A stretch of DNA of 64,000 nt from Polyangiales bacterium (GTDB lineage: Bacteria > Myxococcota_A > Polyangia > Polyangiales > Ga0077539), in NCBI GenBank assembly GCA_044229975.1, contig JBGARZ010000002.1:832001-896000 (forward strand), in the 5' to 3' direction. Position 1 is the first letter of the stretch. Every line of letters starts with the position of its first letter. The notes beneath the pieces are model-generated. The model worked only from the letters and a program-made list of their open reading frames with translations. It made no database searches and was not told where the DNA came from. The position numbers and the translations under genes were made by a program. Shown one piece after another: positions 57,494 through 64,000 of this stretch.

Positions 57494-59226
57494 GCGGGCG
57501 CGCACTGCTTCACCCAGCCGTGGAGGCGGGTGTTCCAGCGCCAGCCGGCGGGGGCGTGGGCGGCGTCCCCCCAGCGGAGCGAGAGCGCGGTCGCGAGCGG
57601 TCCGAGCGGGCAGCGCGGGAGCTGGTTGCGGGGGTTTTCGAAGAGGCCGAGCACCGCGGGACGGCGGAGCACCGGGTCGAGCGATGGGCACCCGGTCGCG
57701 GCGTCGAACGCAGGTGTTGGGACTGCACCGCGGACGGATGACGTGACGCCGTCGAGGGAGGTGACGGCGACACGCGCGTCGAGCGAGAGGCGGCGCTGCA
57801 CCTCGATGAGCGCGACGGCGGGCGTGACCCCATCGCGACAGCAGCCGCCTTCGCACAGCGCGCGCAGGAGGCGGTCGGTGCCCGAGGCGCGACGATCGAT
57901 GGCGCGCAGAATGGTCGACCGATCGAGTCCAGCGCCGTGGGTGGTGCCCTGTCGCCATCGGGCAACTGTCTCGACACAGGCTACGGAGATGTGCGCAACG
58001 CCGAGGAGCACCAGTGCTGTTGCCCGGGGGACTTGTAGGGGAAAGAGAGGCCGCAAGGGCGCAGGGGTCGCAAGGGATGAGCTGTTCGAGCGAGAGAACT
58101 TCGCCTCATCTCCGTCCTCTGATCCTTGCGCCCCTTGCGCCCCTTGCGCCCTGGCGGCCTTCTCCAACCCTTCGAGCCCCCCGTGGATCGGGGCCAACAC
58201 GCGCAGTGATCGTGCCTCGGCGCGGGCGAGCAGGCGGGAGACTCCAGCGGCAGCGAGCGCGGCGAGCGGCGCCCAGAGCCACTGCGAGAGGCGCGCAACG
58301 TGGGCCGCGCCAGTGACCAGTGAGTAGAGCAAGAGGCCCGCGACGATGGCCGTGATGAGCACGCGGCGCGGTGTGGGAGGCACGTTGTCAGCACGCGCGG
58401 CGACGAACGCGAGCAGCACCAGGGGCAGCAGCGTCGCGAAGCGCGCGAGGGCGCCGAGGTAGAGCCACAGCGGCCCCGCGAGATGGAGCGAGAGCGGGTC
58501 GCGGCGAGCGGCCATCATCCGACTGATGCCCGAGGCAGGAACCCACCGTCCCGTCACCCGCCAGTGCACGTAGACCACGGGCGCGATCATCACCGCCGAC
58601 GAGAGCAGCGCGATGAACCCGCGGGACGCGCGCCCACGCGACGAACCGCACGCGACGAGCGCGGGCAGCACCAGCACTACGCCTTCAGGACGCAGGAGTC
58701 CGCACGCACCGAGGAGCAGTCCGTGAGCCGCGACGGACGTGACGCGCTCCCACGCAGCTGGGGCCGTCACGCGCAGGAGGAAGGCCATCGAGGCGGCCGC
58801 GAAGGCGGTGTTCTCCATCCCGAGAGGCGCGTTGGAGGCGACGCCCGGAAGCGATGCGAAGAGCAGCGCACCGACGGTCGCGGCCGCGGGTGAGGCTCCG
58901 AGTCGTAGCGCGAAGCGACGCACCAACGAGGCCGCGAGGACGAGCGCGGCAACGGACACACTCGCGACGACCGCCAGCGCGAAGGGGAAGCCACCGACGC
59001 GCAACAACGCCGCCTCGAAGGCCGTCCACGCGACCGACGTGGTCGCGGCGCTCACCTCACCGGGGTTGAACTCGAACCATCCGCCGCGCGCCGCGCGCTC
59101 GGCGATGCTCAGGTGGATCATCGCGTCGCCCGAGAAGCGCCCCACCCCTGGAAGGAGGTTGGCGAGCCCGAGGGCAACGAGCGCGGCGCTGGCGATGCGG
59201 AGAGGTGTACGGAAGGGATCGGCCAC
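57409..59226 (-). CDS. Polytopic membrane protein, GT-C glycosyltransferase-like, containing an in-frame palindromic insert
   Basis: DAMIH, FNPGE...TS, GMEN, LRPEG; many TMs; 3' end overlaps pncC. Confidence 0.65.
   Translation of the reverse strand: MADPFRTPLRIASAALVALGLANLLPGVGRFSGDAMIHLSIAERAARGGWFEFNPGEVSAATTSVAWTAFEAALLRVGGFPFALAVVASVSVAALVLAASLVRRFALRLGASPAAATVGALLFASLPGVASNAPLGMENTAFAAASMAFLLRVTAPAAWERVTSVAAHGLLLGACGLLRPEGVVLVLPALVACGSSRGRASRGFIALLSSAVMIAPVVYVHWRVTGRWVPASGISRMMAARRDPLSLHLAGPLWLYLGALARFATLLPLVLLAFVAARADNVPPTPRRVLITAIVAGLLLYSLVTGAAHVARLSQWLWAPLAALAAAGVSRLLARAEARSLRVLAPIHGGLEGLEKAARAQGAQGAQGSEDGDEAKFSRSNSSSLATPAPLRPLFPLQVPRATALVLLGVAHISVACVETVARWRQGTTHGAGLDRSTILRAIDRRASGTDRLLRALCEGGCCRDGVTPAVALIEVQRRLSLDARVAVTSLDGVTSSVRGAVPTPAFDAATGCPSLDPVLRRPAVLGLFENPRNQLPRCPLGPLATALSLRWGDAAHAPAGWRWNTRLHGWVKQCAPAQSSSAAPSIASASRTVASRTAARPTSP
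58045..58164. repeat. REP/MITE-like long inverted repeat with internal 9-bp CCCCTTGCG tandem units
   Basis: Left arm gagaggccgcaagggcgcaggggtcgcaagggat (58045-58078) is imperfectly complementary to right arm atccttgcgccccttgcgccccttgcgccctggcggccttctc (58122-58164). Confidence 0.75.
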
Positions 59227-59244
59227 GGGCGGTGGCCGGAGAAG

Positions 59245-61071
59245 CTACGCGCTCCCGATGGCCATCGGGATGCCGGCGATGTCGTCGACGGGATGTTCCC
59301 AGACCTGGGCGCGCAGACGCTCCAGGCGGGCCTTGAGGTCGCGCTGGCGTTGCACCATCGCGTCCACCGCCGCGGTCGACGGGGCCTCGGCGCCCTTGGC
59401 CTCGTCGAGCGCGACCTTCGTCGCCACCAGAACCTCCAGCACGGCCCTACGGAGCTCCTCGCTCGCGGCCGTCACGAAGTCTGTCAGCTTCTGCCCGAAA
59501 CCTTCGATGGTCGCCTGGAGCGCCGGCCCGATCTTCGCCGCGCTCGCCCGCACCGCGTTGGGCCCCTCGGCCAACGCGCGCTCCTTGGTCTCCTTGTCGA
59601 CCCAGCCCTTGAAGAGCATCGCCAGCGCCGGCGCCGCCGCCGTCACCAGGGCGCCCACCGCGAGGTTCACCGCCACCATCACGCCCACGCCGAGCGCGCC
59701 GACGGCGACCACCCCGACGTCGTACTTCATGGTGTCGATCTTCACGTCGAAGAGCCCCGGCGCCTCGCCCGCGAAGGCGTCGAGCGAGCGCGCCGAGTCC
59801 CGCGCGTCCTCGTTGACGATCGCCACGATCTGCTCGCCCAGCGCCTCGAGCCGCTCGCCCAGGACCTTCGCCTCGGACTCCAGCCACTTCCGCCAGGTCT
59901 CCTCCATGAAGCCCGGCAGGAACTTCCGGATGTCGTCCGCCGACGACTTCTCGACCTCCAACCGGATCGCGCTCGCGAACTCGTTGGTGAAGGTCTCCAG
60001 GTCGCGCTGCGCCACCGCCTTGAGGGCCGCGATCTCCTCGTCGATCTTCGCGCGCCGCTGGTCGACCAGGGCCCGCGCCCCCTCGACGTCGTCCTCCAGC
60101 GCCTTCAACCGCCGGCCGAACTCCTCGCTGGTCATCGTGAGCGCGCGACGCCGCGCCGCGAGCCCGCGCCCCAGGATGTCGCTCACCCGCAGGCCCTCGT
60201 CGGCCGCGTAGTCGACGATCATCTTCAGCCGGTCGTTGCCCAGCAGCGACGACAGCCGCTCCAGCAGCGCGTCGAGCCCCGAGCCCGTCCGGTCGCCCTT
60301 CAGCGCCTGCGTCGCCGACAGGAACATCACCGGCGCCCCCGGCACCAGCGACGAGAGCTGCCGCGTCGCGTACTCCATCACCTCGACGCGCTCGCCGTCG
60401 CTCAGCAGGTCGGCCTTGTTGATGGCGAACACGATGCGATCACGGCCCGCGCCCAGCAGCCGGTCGCGCAGGAAGCGCCGCTCGCTCTCCTTCAGGATCT
60501 GCCCCGCGTCGAGCAGGAACACCACGCCGTCGGCGCGCGGCACGTAGCCGTAGGTGATCTCCGCCCGCTGGTGGTTGAGGTCGTTGACTCCGGGGGTGTC
60601 GACCAGGGTCACCCGGTCGCGCAGGAGGTCGGCCGGGTACTCGATCTCCACCCGCAGCACGTCCTCTGGCTTCGCGTCGCCGCCCGCCACCAGGGCGTTG
60701 AGCTTGGAGAACTCCACCTCCTCGCGCGGGCCGGTGAGGGGCCTCGACGTCGCGCCGGCGTCGGTCGGCCGGCGCACCACCACCGCGCGCGGGGCCTCGC
60801 CGTGGCGCACCTCGTGGATCATCGCCGTCGTCGGCGTGATGCCCGTCGGGAGCACCGGGCCGCCGAGAAGGGCGTTAACGAACGTGGTCTTGCCGTGGTT
60901 GAACTCCCCGAGCACCACCAACACGGCGCGCTCCTCCTCCAGCCGCGGCAGGCGGTCGACGAGCACGCGCTCGTTGAGCGACGCCGCCCCGGACTCGCCC
61001 GCCAGGCCCGCGAGCTCGCGGAGGGCGGCGGCCACCTCGTTCTTGATCTCGTTCACGTTGCGCAGGGTCAT
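59245..61071 (-). CDS. Bacterial dynamin-like GTPase
   Basis: G1 GEFNHGKT, G2 PTT, G3 DTPG, G4 NKAD; coiled coil; hydrophobic paddle VGVVAVGALGVGVMVAV. Confidence 0.92.
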   Translation of the reverse strand: MTLRNVNEIKNEVAAALRELAGLAGESGAASLNERVLVDRLPRLEEERAVLVVLGEFNHGKTTFVNALLGGPVLPTGITPTTAMIHEVRHGEAPRAVVVRRPTDAGATSRPLTGPREEVEFSKLNALVAGGDAKPEDVLRVEIEYPADLLRDRVTLVDTPGVNDLNHQRAEITYGYVPRADGVVFLLDAGQILKESERRFLRDRLLGAGRDRIVFAINKADLLSDGERVEVMEYATRQLSSLVPGAPVMFLSATQALKGDRTGSGLDALLERLSSLLGNDRLKMIVDYAADEGLRVSDILGRGLAARRRALTMTSEEFGRRLKALEDDVEGARALVDQRRAKIDEEIAALKAVAQRDLETFTNEFASAIRLEVEKSSADDIRKFLPGFMEETWRKWLESEAKVLGERLEALGEQIVAIVNEDARDSARSLDAFAGEAPGLFDVKIDTMKYDVGVVAVGALGVGVMVAVNLAVGALVTAAAPALAMLFKGWVDKETKERALAEGPNAVRASAAKIGPALQATIEGFGQKLTDFVTAASEELRRAVLEVLVATKVALDEAKGAEAPSTAAVDAMVQRQRDLKARLERLRAQVWEHPVDDIAGIPMAIGSA

Positions 61072-61096
61072 CGATGTGTCTCCGTCCTCGAAACCT

Positions 61097-61978
61097 TCAA
61101 AGCACCTTGATGAGCTCGGAGGTGCGCTGTTCGAGCTCCTCGCGGGTGATGCCCCCGGAGAGCCCCTGGGCCCCGCGGTAGAGGGCGCTCGTGTTGAACA
61201 GCCGCAGCGACTCGATGCGCTTGGTGAGATACGGGTGCGACATCTGGAGTTCGCCCACGCGCCCCATGCCCTCGCGGCCCTCGCCGAGCTGTTCGAGGTA
61301 GACGTCCATGTCCATCTCCGCGAAGAGCCGACGGCTCCCGATGGCCAGCTTCGCGAAGGAGTTGGTCGCCGCCTTCTCGTCCTTGCAGCACAGCAGACCC
61401 GCCCGGTCGCAGGTGATCTCCGCCGCGCGCGACCACGTCTGCAACGCGGCCTTCACCGGCAGCAGCAGCGGCGCCAGGAGACCCGCCACCGAGAGGACGT
61501 TGGTGATCATCATCAGCGTCGTCAGGTAGACGACGTGGTTGTTCTGGATGTGGCCGCACTCGTGGCCGATGACGAACTTCAGCTCGGCATCGTCGAAGTG
61601 GTCGAACATCGAGGCGAACACCACGATGGCCGCGTTGTCTTCGGTGCCGAAGGTGTACGCGTTGAGGTACGCCATGTTGGGCACGATGTAGACCTGCGGC
61701 GTGGGGATGCCGAGCGTCGTCGCGCACTCCTCGACGATGCGCTGCACCCGCGGAAACTGCTTGGGCCCGACCTTCACGGCGGTGCCAAGCAGGTTGCCCG
61801 CCGCCATGGACTTGCTGAGCTTCACCATCTGCGCGGCGGCGATCTCCACCGCCTTCATCTTCCGCATCGCGCGGAGCACCTTGAGGTCTCCCTCGAACGC
61901 GTACCCCTCGCCGCGCTCGCCCGTCACGCCGCCCTTGCGGCGCTCGACGTAGCCCTCGAAATCGAAGTTCATCGTCAT
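61097..61978 (-). CDS. M48 family zinc metallopeptidase
   Basis: NAYTFG, GHECGH, WSRAAEITCDRAG, SHP...RI. Confidence 0.9.
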   Translation of the reverse strand: MTMNFDFEGYVERRKGGVTGERGEGYAFEGDLKVLRAMRKMKAVEIAAAQMVKLSKSMAAGNLLGTAVKVGPKQFPRVQRIVEECATTLGIPTPQVYIVPNMAYLNAYTFGTEDNAAIVVFASMFDHFDDAELKFVIGHECGHIQNNHVVYLTTLMMITNVLSVAGLLAPLLLPVKAALQTWSRAAEITCDRAGLLCCKDEKAATNSFAKLAIGSRRLFAEMDMDVYLEQLGEGREGMGRVGELQMSHPYLTKRIESLRLFNTSALYRGAQGLSGGITREELEQRTSELIKVL

Positions 61979-62085
61979 CCGTTCACCTCGCTGTCGGCGA
62001 CGACCGTAGCACCCGCCCCCGCCGCAAGCGATACGTCGCTCGGCCGCATTGACGACCCCTCTCGCGGCGTTGCAGGTTGCGCCCG

Positions 62086-64000
62086 GTGAACGACCCCGCG
62101 CCCCGAGCGCCGACCACCTCCTACGGCCGCACGGCGCTGTCGTTGCTGCTCCTCGCGGTGCTGTACCTCTGGGTCTTCCCCTTCCACGACGTCGTTCGCA
62201 ACCCGAACGAAAACGTCCGCGTCTACATGACCGTGGCGATCGTCGACGACCGCACCTTCGCCATCAACCGCATCGAAGGCGCCTGGGGTTACGTCAACGA
62301 CAAGGCCGTGCGCCTCGGCCGCCTCTACAGCTCCAAGGCCCCCGGCACGAGCTACCTCGGCGTCCCCTTCTACTGGGCACTCACGAAGCTCACCCACCAG
62401 GACTCGCACGTCCGCCCCCTCATCGCGCCCGCCCCCGCGGCGCCCGGTCGACCCGCGCCGCCCGCGCCCAAGCCGCCCATCGATCGCACGCGCGTGATGT
62501 ACGTGCTGCGGCTCTTCTCCAACGTGCTCCCGGCGCTGCTCTTCGGGTGGTTCTGGCACCGCTTCCTCGCGGCGCGCACGACGTCGGCCACGGTGCGCGA
62601 GGCGATCTTCTTCAGCACCATGGCGGGCTCGTCGCTCTTCGCCTACTCCCTCGTCTTCGCCAGCCACGCGCAAAACGCCTTCTGCTTCGGCGCCGCGCTC
62701 ATGGCACTCGCCACCGTGCGCGAACGCGACGCGGCCGACCTCGCCGACGACCGCGCGCCCCGCGTGAACTTCGGGATGATGTTCGTGGCGGGCCTCTTCG
62801 GCGCGGGCGCCACGCTCTTCGAGTACCCCGCCGCCATCGGCTCGGCCGCCATCGCCCTCTGGATCGCCTCCGTCGCCGCCGAGCGTCGCCGCGCCGCGCT
62901 CGCGGTCATCCCCTTCGCGCTCGGCCTCGCGGGCGCGCTCGCGATCAAGCACCACCACAAGCCCGCCGCCCTCGCGGCCCTCGTGGGCGTCGTCGCCTAC
63001 GCGCTCACCCTCACGCCGCGCGGCCTGCTGCGCCTCGTCGGCGCGGGCCTCGGCGGCGCCATCCCCACGGCATTGGTGCTCTTCTATCACCAGCGCTGCT
63101 TCGGCAACCCCTTCAAGCCCGGGTACAGCTTCCTCGAAAACCCCACCTTCCGCGAAGAGACCAACCAGGGCTTCTTCGGCGCCACCCAGTTCTCGTGGGA
63201 AGCCGCGCTGCGCCTCTGGCTCGACCCGGCGTTCGGGCTCATCCCCATCACGCCGGTGCTGCTGCTCTCGGTGGTCGGCCTCGGCGTGTACCTCGCACCC
63301 GACCTTCCGCCGTCGACCCGCTGGTACTCGCGTAGCAACCTGCTCTCCGCGGCCTTCACTGCGCTCTCGCTCTTCGCCGCGGTGAAGCTCGGTCTCGTGC
63401 TCAAGACCCACGCGCTCCCCGAGTTTCACGCCCGCCTCGGCCCTTGGGTTGCTGCGCTGCTCGTCGCCCTCGTCGCGCTCGCCGCAGTGCGCTTCCCGCG
63501 GCCCGCGAAGACCGACCGCGCCCTCGGCGCCGTCATCGCGCTCACCCTCCTTGGGATGACCCACCTCATCGGCATGATGAACAACTGGCGCGGCGGCTGG
63601 CAGGTCGGCCCGCGCTACCTCGTCACCGTCGTCCCGGCCCTCGGCCTGCTCGCGCTCACCGGCGCCGAGTCCCTCCTCGAAGCCGCGCGCCGCAACCACA
63701 ACACCGCCCAGCGCGTCGCCGTGACGGCCTTCGCGGGCGGCGCCACCGTCACCGCGCTGCTCGTCACCGGAACCCCTTCCGCCTGGTTTCCGCACATCCC
63801 GTTGGAGTACGCGTCGCCCTTCTTCGAGATGATGTGGCCGCTCATCCGCGATGGCTTCGTCCCCCACAACGGCGGCCTGCTCCTCGGGTGGAACGGGCTC
63901 AAGTCCATGGCGCCCTTCTTCCTCGCCGCGGCCGTCATCGCGGTGATCGTCCTCAAGGGCGATCGACGTCGACCCCTCGCGATGCTGGCCCACGGGCTCG
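62086..64000 (+). CDS. Polytopic membrane protein, GT-C/PMT-like; continues past window end; not in ORF track
   Basis: Manual translation from GTG 62086: TM, NPNENVR, DKA..YSSKAPGTSYL, FEYP, FGNPF, W.GGWQVGPRYL; no stop seen to 64000. Confidence 0.8.
   Translation, partial: MNDPAPRAPTTSYGRTALSLLLLAVLYLWVFPFHDVVRNPNENVRVYMTVAIVDDRTFAINRIEGAWGYVNDKAVRLGRLYSSKAPGTSYLGVPFYWALTKLTHQDSHVRPLIAPAPAAPGRPAPPAPKPPIDRTRVMYVLRLFSNVLPALLFGWFWHRFLAARTTSATVREAIFFSTMAGSSLFAYSLVFASHAQNAFCFGAALMALATVRERDAADLADDRAPRVNFGMMFVAGLFGAGATLFEYPAAIGSAAIALWIASVAAERRRAALAVIPFALGLAGALAIKHHHKPAALAALVGVVAYALTLTPRGLLRLVGAGLGGAIPTALVLFYHQRCFGNPFKPGYSFLENPTFREETNQGFFGATQFSWEAALRLWLDPAFGLIPITPVLLLSVVGLGVYLAPDLPPSTRWYSRSNLLSAAFTALSLFAAVKLGLVLKTHALPEFHARLGPWVAALLVALVALAAVRFPRPAKTDRALGAVIALTLLGMTHLIGMMNNWRGGWQVGPRYLVTVVPALGLLALTGAESLLEAARRNHNTAQRVAVTAFAGGATVTALLVTGTPSAWFPHIPLEYASPFFEMMWPLIRDGFVPHNGGLLLGWNGLKSMAPFFLAAAVIAVIVLKGDRRRPLAMLAHGL

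Overview
Very GC-rich, gene-dense bacterial chromosomal window with about 48 CDS. Gene content points to Myxococcota, probably Polyangiales-like (inference): Hanks kinases, an FHA-sigma54 activator, a type IV pilin, a FliA-like sigma factor and about 10 Cys-rich or Asp-linker lipoproteins. Housekeeping genes (prs, plsB-like, folC, accD, rnd, tex, pncC, dciA-like, mepA-like) alternate with large surface-protein genes. I saw no rRNA, tRNA, CRISPR array, transposase or prophage. Two real genes are missing from the ORF track because they run off the window ends: a tandem-FHA protein (<1..389, minus) and a GT-C-like membrane protein (62086..>64000, plus). Most long overlapping ORFs in the track are high-GC shadow frames. 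Best leads: (1) a pilin-divergent cluster of three lipoproteins with CxxCH-propeller, nidogen-like and integrin-like modules; (2) disulfide-stalk lipoproteins with different heads and a shared Asp-periodic tether; (3) an M48 peptidase-dynamin operon flanked by GT-C-like genes; (4) an in-frame REP-like hairpin inside a CDS; (5) a Crp-phosphodiesterase-SUKH-accD gene run; (6) several apparent pseudoenzymes; (7) a Cys-cluster, sigma-region-4-only protein behind a perfect palindrome. All calls are by-eye motif recognition; no searches were run, so novelty is unverified.
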